Assembly: GCA_964503145.1 (NCBI GenBank)
Contig: CAZCYV010000017.1
Location: 16,718-80,717 of the forward strand
DNA: 64,000 nucleotides
Reading direction: 5' to 3'
Origin: an uncultured Anaerolinea sp.
Lineage (GTDB): Bacteria; Chloroflexota; Anaerolineae; Anaerolineales; UBA4823
Positions 46,168-56,862 of this stretch are shown piece after piece. The first letter of the stretch is position 1; every line of letters starts with the position of its first letter. The translations under genes were made by a program, and so were the position numbers. The notes beneath the pieces were generated by a model. The model made no database searches and was not told the DNA's origin. It saw nothing but the letters and a program-made list of their open reading frames with translations.

Positions 46168-46962
46168 ATGAAATCGAAAGGCTTGACCGCAGAATTGATC
46201 GGAGAGGTGTTCGGCACCTTCATCCTGATCCTGTTGGGCGACGGCGTAGTGGCGAACGTGGGCCTTGCGCCGCGCCTGGCCGCACCCGCGTATAACTGGA
46301 ACACCATTACCTTCGGTTGGGCGTTCGCGGTTATCGTGGCAGTGTACGTGTCGGCGGGCGTCTCCGGGGCTCATCTGAACCCGGCCGTGACCCTGGCCCT
46401 GGCCGTGAAGCGCGGCTTCCCGTGGGGCAAAGTTCTGCCCTATATGGTGGCGCAGGTCTTTGGTTGCTTCCTGGGCGCTGCGGGCGTGTACCTGGCCTAT
46501 GGAGATGGTCTGCGCGCCGCGGGTATGCCCAACGTCTGGTGCACCGGCCCTGGCTCGGTCTTCGCTTCCGCTTTCTGGGGCGGCGCTGCCGGCTCGGCCA
46601 TTGGCCCTTACTCGCTGACAGGGGCGATCCTGACCGAAATCCTGGGCACCGCAGTGTTGTTGTGGGGCGTCCTGGCCAGCGGCGACTCGCGCAACATCGG
46701 CCTGATGCACAACTTGGGCCCCTTCCTGGTCGGCGGCACCGTTCTGGCAGTCGGCCTCTCCCTGGGCGGCCCGAGCGGTTACGCGATCAACCCCGCCCGC
46801 GACCTGGGTCCGCGCCTCTTTGGGACGCTGGTTGGAACGAAAGGCCTGTTCGATGGCCTCTACTGGTTGGTGGCGCCGATCATCTCCACTCTCATCGGCG
46901 GTTTGGTGGGTGTGTTCACTTACGACTGGTTCATCACAAGCGGACTGCCGGAGAAAAAGTAA
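46168..46962 (+). CDS. glpF: Glycerol uptake facilitator (aquaglyceroporin)
   Basis: 264 aa MIP-family protein with both NPA boxes (SGAHLNPAVTLA, GYAINPARDLGPR). GGAG RBS upstream. Confidence 0.93.
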   Translation: MKSKGLTAELIGEVFGTFILILLGDGVVANVGLAPRLAAPAYNWNTITFGWAFAVIVAVYVSAGVSGAHLNPAVTLALAVKRGFPWGKVLPYMVAQVFGCFLGAAGVYLAYGDGLRAAGMPNVWCTGPGSVFASAFWGGAAGSAIGPYSLTGAILTEILGTAVLLWGVLASGDSRNIGLMHNLGPFLVGGTVLAVGLSLGGPSGYAINPARDLGPRLFGTLVGTKGLFDGLYWLVAPIISTLIGGLVGVFTYDWFITSGLPEKK

Positions 46963-47030
46963 GTCAGGCTTTTCTGCAACTCACGAGATGAGCCAGGATC
47001 AGCGGTCCGTTAGGAGAAGGATAAAGCTCG

Positions 47031-48032
<1,002 letters not shown>

Positions 48033-48097
48033 TCACTTAACATCAGGGGCCAGGTCTTCCCCTGGCCCCAATCTTGCCATCTGGATCAAGAGACAAT

Positions 48098-48733
48098 ATG
48101 CCAATTTCTCGCGATGACACCTTGAATTGGATCAAGACCTGCGCCGACGTCCTGGCAGAGAATCGCGACTACCTGACTCAGCTCGACGCGGCGATCGGCG
48201 ACGCAGACCACGGCGCCAACATGGACCGCGGCTTCAAAGCGTTCATGAACAAAATGCCGGAGGTCGCCGATAAAGACATCGGTACCATCCTCAAGACCCT
48301 CGGAATGACGCTGATATCCACCGTGGGTGGAGCTGGCGGCCCGCTTTACGGGACTTTCTTCTTGCAAGCTGGCATGAAATCTGCCAACAAGATGGAGTTG
48401 ACCCTGGAGGATTGGGTGGCAGCGATGGACGCCGCCCTGGCAGGCGTGATCATGCGCGGCAAGGCAGAGCTGGGAGACAAGACCATGGTCGACGCGCTAA
48501 CTCCGGCTCTGAATGCCCTGAAGCAGGCCAGCCTGAACGGCGCGTCGATTGGAAAGGCCTTGCAGCTATCGGCCGAAGCAGCCCGAGAGGGCATGGAGGG
48601 GACGATTCCGCTGGTCGCCCGAAAAGGCCGGGCGAGCTACCTGGGCGAACGTAGCGCAGGACACCAGGACCCCGGAGCAACCTCATCATACCTGATCCTG
48701 AAAGCAGCTGCCGATACGTGGGCAGACAAGTAA
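48098..48733 (+). CDS. dhaL: Dihydroxyacetone kinase, ADP-binding DhaL subunit
   Basis: Start at ATG 48098. Motifs are LTQLDAAIGDADHGANMDRGF, GGAGGPLYGTFF, GDKTMVDAL and ARKGRASYLGERS. Confidence 0.93.
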   Translation: MPISRDDTLNWIKTCADVLAENRDYLTQLDAAIGDADHGANMDRGFKAFMNKMPEVADKDIGTILKTLGMTLISTVGGAGGPLYGTFFLQAGMKSANKMELTLEDWVAAMDAALAGVIMRGKAELGDKTMVDALTPALNALKQASLNGASIGKALQLSAEAAREGMEGTIPLVARKGRASYLGERSAGHQDPGATSSYLILKAAADTWADK

Positions 48734-48775
48734 CCTCATATCTGTACGAAACCAACTTTTGAAGGAGATAAGACT

Positions 48776-50275
48776 ATGGCTAAGTACGCAGCAGCAGTCG
48801 ATCAAGGGACTACCAGCACCCGCTTCATGATCTTTGATCACAGCGGCAAGGTTGTCTCGGTAGCACAGAAAGAACACGAGCAGATCTACCCGAAGCCTGG
48901 GTGGGTCGAGCACGATCCAATGGAAATCTGGGCCCGCACCCAGGAAGTGATTAAAGAGGCGCTGGCCAAGGCGAACGTCGACCCCAAGGACATCGCCGCT
49001 GTGGGCGTCACCAACCAACGCGAGACGACCGTTATATGGGAAAAGGCGACTGGCAAGCCGGTTTACAACGCCATTGTCTGGCAGGATACGCGCACCGACA
49101 GGATCTGCAATGACCTGGCTAAGGATGGCGGTCAGGATCGCTTCCGCCCCAAAGTTGGCCTGCCTCTGGCGACCTACTTCTCTGGCCCGAAGATCAAGTG
49201 GGTCCTGGATAACATCGAGGGCGTGCGCGAGAAGGCGGAAAAAGGTGAGGTGTTGTTCGGCAACATCGACACCTGGGTGATCTGGAATCTGACCGGCGGG
49301 CCCAATGGCGGCGTGCATGTGACCGATGTCTCCAACGCCTCCCGCACCATGCTGATGAACCTGGAAACACTCGACTGGGATCCAGAAATCTTGCAGCTTA
49401 TGGGTGTGCCCCGCGCCATGCTGCCGGCGGTCCGCGCCTCCAGCGAAGTGTACGGCACTGCGGTGGGCGATCTGGCAGGCGTTCCCGTAGCCGGCGACCT
49501 GGGCGACCAGCAGGCGGCGCTCTTTGGGCAGACCTGCTTCAGCGTCGGCGAGGCCAAGAACACCTATGGCACCGGCTGCTTCATGCTGCTCAACACCGGC
49601 ACCAACGCAGTCCAATCCAAGAACGGCCTGCTGACCACGCTGGCCTACAAGATCGGCAGCCAGCCGGCGGTCTATGCCCTGGAAGGCTCCATCGCCATCA
49701 CCGGCGCTCTGGTGCAGTGGCTGCGCGACAACATGGGCCTGGTCGAGAAGTCGGCGGATGTCGAAGCGCTGGCCAACACCGTGGAAGATAACGGCGGCAT
49801 CTACTTCGTACCCGCCTTCTCCGGTCTGTTCGCCCCCTACTGGAAGAGCGACGCCCGCGGCGTGATCGTTGGCCTGACCCGCTACGTCAACAAGGGCCAT
49901 ATCGCCCGCGCTGCCCTGGAAGCCACCGCTTACCAGACTCGCGAAGTCCTGGACGCGATGAATAAGGACTCGGGCGTCAACCTGACCGCCCTGAAGGTCG
50001 ATGGCGGCATGGTGTACAACGACACCCTGATGCAATTCCAGGCCGACATCCTGGGCGTGCCGGTCGTTCGCCCCACCGTTGCCGAAACGACCTCGCTGGG
50101 CGCGGCTTACGCCGCCGGCCTGGCCGTGGGCTTCTGGAAAGAGGTGGAAGACCTGCGCGAGAATTGGGGCAAGGATAAAGAGTGGCTGCCCAAGATGGAT
50201 GCGGAACACCGCGAAAAGCTGTACAAAGGCTGGCTTAAGGCGGTCACCCGCACCTTCGACTGGGTCGAACAATAA
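48776..50275 (+). CDS. glpK: Glycerol kinase
   Basis: 499 aa with [39 protein letters not shown] and [20 protein letters not shown]. Confidence 0.97.
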   Translation: MAKYAAAVDQGTTSTRFMIFDHSGKVVSVAQKEHEQIYPKPGWVEHDPMEIWARTQEVIKEALAKANVDPKDIAAVGVTNQRETTVIWEKATGKPVYNAIVWQDTRTDRICNDLAKDGGQDRFRPKVGLPLATYFSGPKIKWVLDNIEGVREKAEKGEVLFGNIDTWVIWNLTGGPNGGVHVTDVSNASRTMLMNLETLDWDPEILQLMGVPRAMLPAVRASSEVYGTAVGDLAGVPVAGDLGDQQAALFGQTCFSVGEAKNTYGTGCFMLLNTGTNAVQSKNGLLTTLAYKIGSQPAVYALEGSIAITGALVQWLRDNMGLVEKSADVEALANTVEDNGGIYFVPAFSGLFAPYWKSDARGVIVGLTRYVNKGHIARAALEATAYQTREVLDAMNKDSGVNLTALKVDGGMVYNDTLMQFQADILGVPVVRPTVAETTSLGAAYAAGLAVGFWKEVEDLRENWGKDKEWLPKMDAEHREKLYKGWLKAVTRTFDWVEQ

Positions 50276-50291
50276 TCGGCGAGCGGTATCG

Positions 50292-50324
50292 GATCAGAGG
50301 GGGAGCTGGTTTACCCCTCTGATC
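50292..50324 (+). terminator. Hairpin after glpK (possible terminator or processing site, no U-tract)
   Basis: Perfect 11-bp stem GATCAGAGGGG (50292-50302) / CCCCTCTGATC (50314-50324). It is followed by tgatgg, not a T-run. Confidence 0.4.
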
Positions 50325-50458
50325 TGATGGAACCCGCCTCGCCCGGCATCCAGGCGACATACCTGCGATGACCCAGGTATGTCGCCTGGTACTTCTAACA
50401 CATGATCTGGTTACCGCTTTCAACGAATTCGATGATATTGGTGGTGAATGGTGAGTTC

Positions 50459-50728
50459 ATGACAAAGCAGACAAAAAAATCCTCCGATCATCCAAAAGAG
50501 AAACGCATAAAGCTGCCCTCGCAACCCGCTGGCGCGTGGATTTCCATGAGAACAGGGATCATCGTGATCAGCATTGTCAGCCTGGGGATGGCTGTGCTTA
50601 CAGCCTGGCAGGCTGTGCCAATCAAGGGTTGGCTCGAGGGGATCCTATGGGGATTGTTGTTCGGCGGCTCGATCTGGGTCATCTTTCTGGGTTTTCTGCT
50701 CTACGGTCGGCTGTTCCGAAAAGGTTGA
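50459..50728 (+). CDS. Small hypothetical membrane protein (two TM helices)
   Basis: Likely start is ATG 50459 (MTKQTKKSSDHPKEKR), followed by two hydrophobic helices. No family recognised. It sits inside the glycerol cluster. Confidence 0.4.
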   Translation: MTKQTKKSSDHPKEKRIKLPSQPAGAWISMRTGIIVISIVSLGMAVLTAWQAVPIKGWLEGILWGLLFGGSIWVIFLGFLLYGRLFRKG

Positions 50729-50757
50729 CCACTCCAAGCCGACCTTCCTAAAGGGCG

Positions 50758-51351
50758 ATGGCAATGGATGCCATTCAGGATAAGCTCGATCGTTGGGAAG
50801 CGTCCTGGGCGGCTTACGACGAGGCGACTTACCAGGATGTTCTGGCAGCTATTGGCCGCCAGGATATCGTCTATGAGATCGGCGCCGGCGACTTGCGCCT
50901 GGCCCGGCGCATGGCGGCAATCGCCAGGCGCGTCTACGCCATAGAAATCCAAGAACCTTTGTTGGCGCAAGCCTGTCGCTCGCAAGAGCCGCTCCCCGCT
51001 AACCTGATCATCCAATGCGGGGATGCCCGGAGGATGCCAGTGCCGACAGGCACGACGGTGGGTGTGCTGCTGATGCGCCATTGCACACATTTCCAGCTTT
51101 ATGCTCAGAAATTAAAGCTGGCCGGCGCTCATACCTTGATCACGAACGCCCGCTGGAAGATGGCTGTGGAACGGGTGCTGCTCCAGCAGCGACGTCTGCT
51201 CTATCAGGACATAGACATGGGATGGTATGCCTGCTGGTGCGGCGCGGTTGGATTCAAGCCCGGGCCGGCAGAAAGGTTAACTCCAGAGTTGGAGGCTGCC
51301 GTTTACGAAGTTCAGGATTGCCCGCAGTGCTCCAACGCCTTGAGAAAATAG
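50758..51351 (+). CDS. Class I SAM-dependent methyltransferase-like protein with a C-terminal Cys4 cluster
   Basis: 197 aa with motif I-like VYEIGAGDLRLA and a post-I acidic residue (YAIEIQ). The C-terminal CWCG...CPQC suggests a zinc ribbon. Function unknown. Confidence 0.55.
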   Translation: MAMDAIQDKLDRWEASWAAYDEATYQDVLAAIGRQDIVYEIGAGDLRLARRMAAIARRVYAIEIQEPLLAQACRSQEPLPANLIIQCGDARRMPVPTGTTVGVLLMRHCTHFQLYAQKLKLAGAHTLITNARWKMAVERVLLQQRRLLYQDIDMGWYACWCGAVGFKPGPAERLTPELEAAVYEVQDCPQCSNALRK

Positions 51352-51416
51352 GTTAAAATTTATTTTGGCGTACATTTGTGCAACCTTGATTAGCTTGAAA
51401 ACGGAAGTGACAAAAA

Positions 51417-52586
51417 ATGACCAAACCACATGTGATCATCATCGGCGCAGGGTTCACCGGGGTTGCCACAGCCCACGACCTGGCCCTGCGCGGCTTTGAC
51501 GTCACCGTCGTCGAGCGTGGGCCGATTGCGAACGGCACTTCAGGCCGGACCCACGGCCTGCTGCACAGCGGCGGTCGCTACGCCGTTAAGGACAAAGAAT
51601 CGGCTGTCGAATGCATCGAGGAAAACATGATCTTGCGCAAGATCGTCCCCAATGTCATCGAGCCGAACGGCGGTTTGTTCATCGCCCTGACAGAGAGCGA
51701 CCTGGCTTACGGCGAGGATTTCATCGAAGGCTGCCAGGAGTGTAACATCCCCATCGAAGAATTGACCCCCAAGCAGGCTTTGGAACTGGAGCCTAACCTG
51801 AACCCGAAGCTGCTTTCGGCCTTCATCATACCCGACGGCACGTTTGATCCTTTGCGCCTGGCGCTCTCCTTTGCCGCCACCGCCAAATCCAACGGCGCCC
51901 GCTTTCGACTGTACACCGAAGTGGAACAAATGATCCTGGACGGGAAGGGCAACGTCGTCGGGGTAAAGATCTGGGATCGCAAAACCGGCCAACGCGGCGA
52001 GATTCGCGCAGATCTTGTGGTCAATGCCACCGGCGCCTGGGCAGGGGAGATCGCAGCCATGGCTGGCGGTTCAGTGCCGATCAAGCCAACGCCCGGAATC
52101 ATGGTCGCCTATGACCAGCGTCTGGCCCAACGGGCGATCAACCGCCTCTGCCCGCCCAGCGATGGCGATATCATCCTGCCTCAGCGGCGGATGATGGTCG
52201 TTGGCACGACCTCCTATGAAGTGGACAACCTGGATTACGTGCCCGTGATCGAAGAGCAGATCGAGATGATGCTCGAGCGCGGCGCCGAAATGGTGCCCGG
52301 CATCCGCCAGGCCAAAGTGCGCGGCGTGTACACTGCGACCCGTCCGCTGATCGGCGCTGGCTCCACCGGGCGCAGCATTGCGCGCACGTTCAAGTGCTTC
52401 GACCACAAGGAATCTGACAATGTCGATGGCCTGATCACCATCACCGGCGGCAAGGCCACCACCTTGCGGGCAATGGCAGAGAAAACCGCGGACATGGCTT
52501 GCGCTAAGCTGGGCGTCTCTGCACCATGCATGACCAAAGAAGTCCCGCTCATCAGCTATCGCCAATTCTATGCTCTACCCGACTAG
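51417..52586 (+). CDS. glpA: FAD-dependent glycerol-3-phosphate dehydrogenase, GlpA-like flavoprotein (short form)
   Basis: 389 aa with the dinucleotide fold VIIIGAGFTGVATAHDLALRG. GRTHGLLHSGGRYAVKD and ITITGGKATTLRAMAE are colinear with E. coli GlpA residues ~1-400 as I recall them. It ends where GlpA's C-terminal BFD-like domain would begin. Confidence 0.82.
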   Translation: MTKPHVIIIGAGFTGVATAHDLALRGFDVTVVERGPIANGTSGRTHGLLHSGGRYAVKDKESAVECIEENMILRKIVPNVIEPNGGLFIALTESDLAYGEDFIEGCQECNIPIEELTPKQALELEPNLNPKLLSAFIIPDGTFDPLRLALSFAATAKSNGARFRLYTEVEQMILDGKGNVVGVKIWDRKTGQRGEIRADLVVNATGAWAGEIAAMAGGSVPIKPTPGIMVAYDQRLAQRAINRLCPPSDGDIILPQRRMMVVGTTSYEVDNLDYVPVIEEQIEMMLERGAEMVPGIRQAKVRGVYTATRPLIGAGSTGRSIARTFKCFDHKESDNVDGLITITGGKATTLRAMAEKTADMACAKLGVSAPCMTKEVPLISYRQFYALPD

Positions 52587-52595
52587 AGAGGCCTT

Positions 52596-53324
52596 ATGAT
52601 CAACAACTGGACGGTTACTTTCCTGGTTTACCGGCAAAAGGGCGAAGAGCCAGGACATTTCGACAGCTTCAAAGTGGATGTCAACCCAGATGAGTACGTC
52701 CTGGATGCCATCGAGCGCATCTGGGCCTTCCAGGACCGTTCGCTCACCTTTGCCCATGCCTGCCACCACTCGACCTGCGGCGCGTGCGGTATGCGGGTCA
52801 ACGGTGTAGAAAAACTGACCTGCATCACCCCAATCCGCAGCGTTACCGAAAACGGCGGCACGATCCAGGTCGAGCCGATGCGCAATTTTCCGGTAGTAAG
52901 CGACCTGGTGGTGGATCTCGGCGTGATGTTCCGCCGCATGGAGGCCGTAGGCCACCGGCCAGTGCTGCCGCTGGCGGAGGAACCTGCTCCCACATCGGGC
53001 AACCCGCCCAGGCCGGAAGACATGCAGATCATCCGGCTGGCCGATTGCATCGAATGCGGGCTGTGCATCAGCGCCTGTCCCATAGCGCTGACCACTCCGA
53101 CCTATTTGGGGCCGGCGGTCCTGGCCGGAGCGCAGCAGCACGGTCTGGATGGCAACCGCTCCCTGCTGGCGCTCGTGGATAGCCAGGATGGCGTGTGGCG
53201 TTGCCACAGCGCATTCGAGTGCAGCGCCGTCTGCCCTTCCAATGTTGACCCGGCGCGCCGGATCATGGACCTGCGCAAACAGGTCATCCGCGCTCGGATC
53301 ATGAGTTTCTTCCGCCGGGATTGA
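52596..53324 (+). CDS. Succinate dehydrogenase/fumarate reductase-type iron-sulfur subunit (SdhB-like)
   Basis: 242 aa with all three Cys clusters intact: CHHSTCGACGMRVNGVEKLTC (2Fe-2S), CIECGLCISACP and CHSAFECSAVCP (4Fe-4S and 3Fe-4S). Confidence 0.88.
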   Translation: MINNWTVTFLVYRQKGEEPGHFDSFKVDVNPDEYVLDAIERIWAFQDRSLTFAHACHHSTCGACGMRVNGVEKLTCITPIRSVTENGGTIQVEPMRNFPVVSDLVVDLGVMFRRMEAVGHRPVLPLAEEPAPTSGNPPRPEDMQIIRLADCIECGLCISACPIALTTPTYLGPAVLAGAQQHGLDGNRSLLALVDSQDGVWRCHSAFECSAVCPSNVDPARRIMDLRKQVIRARIMSFFRRD

Positions 53325-53343
53325 TTGAGAAAAGGAACCCATC

Positions 53344-53736
53344 ATGAGCAATCCACGAAACACACCCACACCCTCTAACTGGCTTAAGTGGTTCGACCCT
53401 CGAGGGCGCAATATCGGCACCTATGCTTTCATCCTGAACCGGATCACCGCAATAGGGCTGACATTCTATTTGTTTCTCCATTTGATAGTGCTTGGTCAAC
53501 TGGCAAAGGGGCCTGAAGGCTATGACAACTTCCTCAGGATGATCGACAGCCCGCTATATCTTTTCGGTGAGTTATTGGTCATCGCCGCGGTGCTGATCCA
53601 CGGTCTGAATGGTATTCGCGTCGCCCTGACCAGTTTTGGCATCGGCGTGAACGCCCAGAAACAAGCCTTTTACGCCGTGATGGTGGTGGCGATCGTCGGC
53701 AGTCTGATCTTCGCCGTGCGCATGATCATCGGCTAG
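53344..53736 (+). CDS. SdhC-like membrane anchor (cytochrome b subunit type)
   Basis: 130 aa with three TM helices. FILNRITAIGLTFYLFLHL and LIHGLNGIRV resemble SdhC heme/quinone-site helices. Confidence 0.7.
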   Translation: MSNPRNTPTPSNWLKWFDPRGRNIGTYAFILNRITAIGLTFYLFLHLIVLGQLAKGPEGYDNFLRMIDSPLYLFGELLVIAAVLIHGLNGIRVALTSFGIGVNAQKQAFYAVMVVAIVGSLIFAVRMIIG

Positions 53737-53771
53737 CTCCGAGTTGCCTTGAAAACATGAAGGAATGAGCT

Positions 53772-54146
53772 ATGACAAACATGACTTCAGAACGACCCTC
53801 TAGCGAGAGCGGCTGGCTCTGGCTGTTCAAAATTGTTTCGGGGCTGTTGCTCGTCTTGATCCTGTTGATCCATCTGATCGTCAATCACATGCTGGGCACA
53901 GAGGGCGGTTTGCTCACCTTTGCCGAGGTGGTCAAGTACTATCAGAACCCGATCATCCCCATTATGGAAGGCGCCTTCCTGATCTTTGTCGTCTCCCATT
54001 CGCTGATTGGACTGCGGAGCATCATCCTGGATCTCAACCCATCGCCAAAGGTCTTGAGCGGCGTCACCTGGGTGTTGACCGGCGTGGGCGCAGTTTCCAT
54101 CATCTACGGCATCTGGCTGCTCCTGGCGATCGTCGCCCAGGGTTGA
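53772..54146 (+). CDS. SdhD-like membrane anchor subunit
   Basis: 124 aa with three TM helices and conserved-looking His residues (LILLIHLIVNHM, VVSHSLIGLRSIILD). It directly follows the SdhC-like gene. Confidence 0.6.
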   Translation: MTNMTSERPSSESGWLWLFKIVSGLLLVLILLIHLIVNHMLGTEGGLLTFAEVVKYYQNPIIPIMEGAFLIFVVSHSLIGLRSIILDLNPSPKVLSGVTWVLTGVGAVSIIYGIWLLLAIVAQG

Positions 54147-54175
54147 CCCGCTCCACAGTTAGAGACAACTGATCG

Positions 54176-56710
54176 ATGGTTGGGTTAGTGATCGTATCGC
54201 ACAGCCGGGCTCTGGGAGAAGCGCTGGCCGGTTTAGTCGGCCAGATCGCTTCTCAAGGGGTCCCTATCGCCGTCGCAGGAGGGGTAGGCCCAGACCGTCA
54301 GGAGTTTGGGACCGACGCGGTAGAGATCATGGAAGCCATCCAGTCGGTGGACGGCCCCGATGGGGTGGTCGTGTTGATGGACCTGGGCAGCGCTGTGCTC
54401 AGCGCAGAAATGGCCTTGGAATTCTTACCGCCGGAAACCGCGGAAAGGGTCTCGCTTTGCGCCGCGCCGCTGGTCGAAGGCGCCATTGCGGCTGGGGTTC
54501 AGGCCAGTTTGGGGATGGATCGAGAAACAATCTGCAAAGAGGCGATGACCGCCCTGCTGCCGAAGACGGATCACCTGTTGCCAGGCGCAGAAACAGCCCA
54601 GCCAGTGGCGGAAGCGGTGAGCGCGCTGCAACAGGTCGAAGAACGCGTGGTGTTGACTCTGCACAACCTGCACGGGTTACACGCCCGCCCGGCGGCGCGC
54701 TTCGTGCAGACCGCGGCGAGCTTCCCCGCCGATATCCGCGTCCGGAACCTGACGACCGGAAAAGGCCCGGTCACGGCGAAGAGCCTGAACGCCCTGGTGA
54801 CATTGGGCGCGGTGAAAGATCACCAGATCGAGATCACCGCCAGCGGCCCGCAATCGGAGCAAGCCATCCAGGCGCTGCAAAAGCTGGTGGAAGACAGCTT
54901 CGGCGAGGCAATAGAACCTGCTCCCCCACGACCGGAGCGCATCAGGCCGACCGAAGGCGCGGCGGGCTCGCAGCCAGCCGTCCCGGTATCTGACGGCGTT
55001 GCCCTGGGGCCGTTCTTTCGTTTCCAGGCTCCCCCGCCGCCGGTAGTGGAAGGCAAGACCGACCACCCCGAACAGGACTGGGAGCAGTTGCAGCGCGCCC
55101 TGGAAACGACTCGCCTGGCCATTCGCCAGCGCCAGGGGCTGCTAGCAGCAACCTTGGGGCCAGAAGAAACGGCGATATTCGACGCCCATTTGCTCATTCT
55201 GCAAGACCCAGACCTGCTCGAAGCGGTCAAAGAGCGCATCCTGGTTCAGGGCGAGAATGCCGCCTGGGCCTGGCAGACCTGCATCCATTCGGTCGCGTCC
55301 ACTTATCAGGGGCTTGACGACCCCTATTTCCAGCAGCGCGCCATTGATGTGCTCGATGTGGGCAACCAGGTGCTGTTCGCCCTGGCAGGCAAAGCGCCCG
55401 CTGCAGAAATCCAGCTCTCGCAGCCGGTGGTCTTGTTCGCCGAAGACCTGACCCCCACAGAAACCGCCCAATTGGACATGAACCAGGTGTTGGGGATCAT
55501 CACGGTGGGTGGGGGGCCCACATCTCACAGCGCTATCCTGGCGCGCTCGTTGGGCATACCGGCCGTCTCTGGAGCCAGCCCCAATCTTGAAAGGGTGCAA
55601 GATGGCACGCTGGTAGGGGTGGATGGCGCCCGAGGGGCAATTTGGGTCGAGCCTGCGCCGGAGGTGCAGGAAGAATTGAAACAGCGCCGCGAGAAATGGC
55701 TCAGCGAGCGACAACGCTTGCAGAAGGTCAGCCATGCGTTGGCAATGACCCGTGACGGCCGACGCGTCGAAATCGTTGCCAACGTAGGGAACATCCTGGA
55801 TGCGAAGGCAGGATTACAAAACGGCGCTGAAGGCATTGGCTTGCTGCGAACTGAGTTTCTATACCTGACTCGCGAGACGGCGCCTGAGGAGGACGAGCAG
55901 GCTCATTCGCTAAGGCAGATCGCTGAAGCGCTGGCAGAAGATGGAAATCAAAACCGGCCGATCGTCGTGCGCACGATGGACATCGGCGGTGATAAAGCGC
56001 TGCCCTACCTGCCAATGCCGCCAGAAGCCAATCCCTTCCTGGGTGTGCGGGCGTTGCGGCTTTCCCTGCGCAATCCAGAGATTTTCTCCTCGCAGCTCAA
56101 AGCCATCCTCAGGGCGGGGTTGGGCTTCAATTTCAAAGTGATGTTTCCAATGGTTGCCAACCTGGACGAAGTTCGGCAAGCCAGACAATGGCTGGAAAAG
56201 GCCCACCAGGAATTGGCGGATAAGAACATCCCCCATATCTGGCCGATTGAAACCGGCATCATGGTCGAGATCCCTTCCGCAGCCCTGATCAGCAACGTGT
56301 TAGCGCCGAACGTCGATTTCTTCAGCATCGGCACCAATGATCTGACCCAGTACACCCTGGCGGCCGAGCGGGGAAACCCGGCGCTTTCGGGCTTCGCGGA
56401 TGGATTGCACCCAGCCGTTTTGCGGCTGATCCAGATGGTGACAGATTCCGCTCACAAACACGGCAAATGGGTGGGCGTCTGTGGAGAACTGGCTGGCGAC
56501 CCCCTGGCAGGGCCGATCTTAGTGGGACTGGGCGTGGATGAGCTGAGCATGAACCCGGGCAGCATCCCTCGGATGAAAGAAATCCTGCGGAAGATCGACC
56601 TGGCAGAGGCTCAATCGCTGGCCCGGTCGGCGCTAGAAATGGTGGACGCGGCTCAGGTTCGCCAGATGGCGCGCAAATTTGCTGAAGACAAGTTACTCGA
56701 GCTACTGTGA
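54176..56710 (+). CDS. dhaM: Multidomain phosphotransfer protein: DhaM (EIIA-Man-like), HPr-like and full-length Enzyme I (PtsI)
   Basis: 844 aa. N-terminal EIIA-like domain GLVIVSHSRALGE...LMDLGSAV, HPr-like domain LHNLHGLHARPAARFV, and EI with the phospho-His region GGPTSHSAILARSLGIPAV. The C-terminal PEP-binding barrel has IGTNDLTQYTLA and CGELAGDP. Confidence 0.9.
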   Translation: MVGLVIVSHSRALGEALAGLVGQIASQGVPIAVAGGVGPDRQEFGTDAVEIMEAIQSVDGPDGVVVLMDLGSAVLSAEMALEFLPPETAERVSLCAAPLVEGAIAAGVQASLGMDRETICKEAMTALLPKTDHLLPGAETAQPVAEAVSALQQVEERVVLTLHNLHGLHARPAARFVQTAASFPADIRVRNLTTGKGPVTAKSLNALVTLGAVKDHQIEITASGPQSEQAIQALQKLVEDSFGEAIEPAPPRPERIRPTEGAAGSQPAVPVSDGVALGPFFRFQAPPPPVVEGKTDHPEQDWEQLQRALETTRLAIRQRQGLLAATLGPEETAIFDAHLLILQDPDLLEAVKERILVQGENAAWAWQTCIHSVASTYQGLDDPYFQQRAIDVLDVGNQVLFALAGKAPAAEIQLSQPVVLFAEDLTPTETAQLDMNQVLGIITVGGGPTSHSAILARSLGIPAVSGASPNLERVQDGTLVGVDGARGAIWVEPAPEVQEELKQRREKWLSERQRLQKVSHALAMTRDGRRVEIVANVGNILDAKAGLQNGAEGIGLLRTEFLYLTRETAPEEDEQAHSLRQIAEALAEDGNQNRPIVVRTMDIGGDKALPYLPMPPEANPFLGVRALRLSLRNPEIFSSQLKAILRAGLGFNFKVMFPMVANLDEVRQARQWLEKAHQELADKNIPHIWPIETGIMVEIPSAALISNVLAPNVDFFSIGTNDLTQYTLAAERGNPALSGFADGLHPAVLRLIQMVTDSAHKHGKWVGVCGELAGDPLAGPILVGLGVDELSMNPGSIPRMKEILRKIDLAEAQSLARSALEMVDAAQVRQMARKFAEDKLLELL

Positions 56711-56746
56711 GAGGTCAAATCGGCTCGCTTTGAGATGACCACCTCT

Positions 56747-56784
56747 AAGCCCAGCAACGCGGCCTGGATCACGCTGCTGGGCTT
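56747..56784. terminator. Hairpin between convergent dhaM and the IMPase gene (no U-tract)
   Basis: 10-bp stem AAGCCCAGCA (56747-56756) / TGCTGGGCTT (56775-56784). There is no T-run on either strand. Confidence 0.35.
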
Positions 56785-56862
56785 ACACCATAACAAACAT
56801 CTCTACTGGTCGTGCTGTAACTCACCAGCCCTGAAATGCTCCGATGGCGTTAGGTCTCAACG

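Noticed and set aside
48686-50272. A 528-aa minus-strand ORF covering all of glpK. A similar 339-aa ORF lies opposite dnaK (4776..5795) and a 390-aa ORF opposite lutBC (26561..27733).
   Set aside because: They are antisense to highly conserved genes and have Ala/Gly/Arg/His-rich composition with no motifs. Long antisense frames are expected in high-GC coding sequence.
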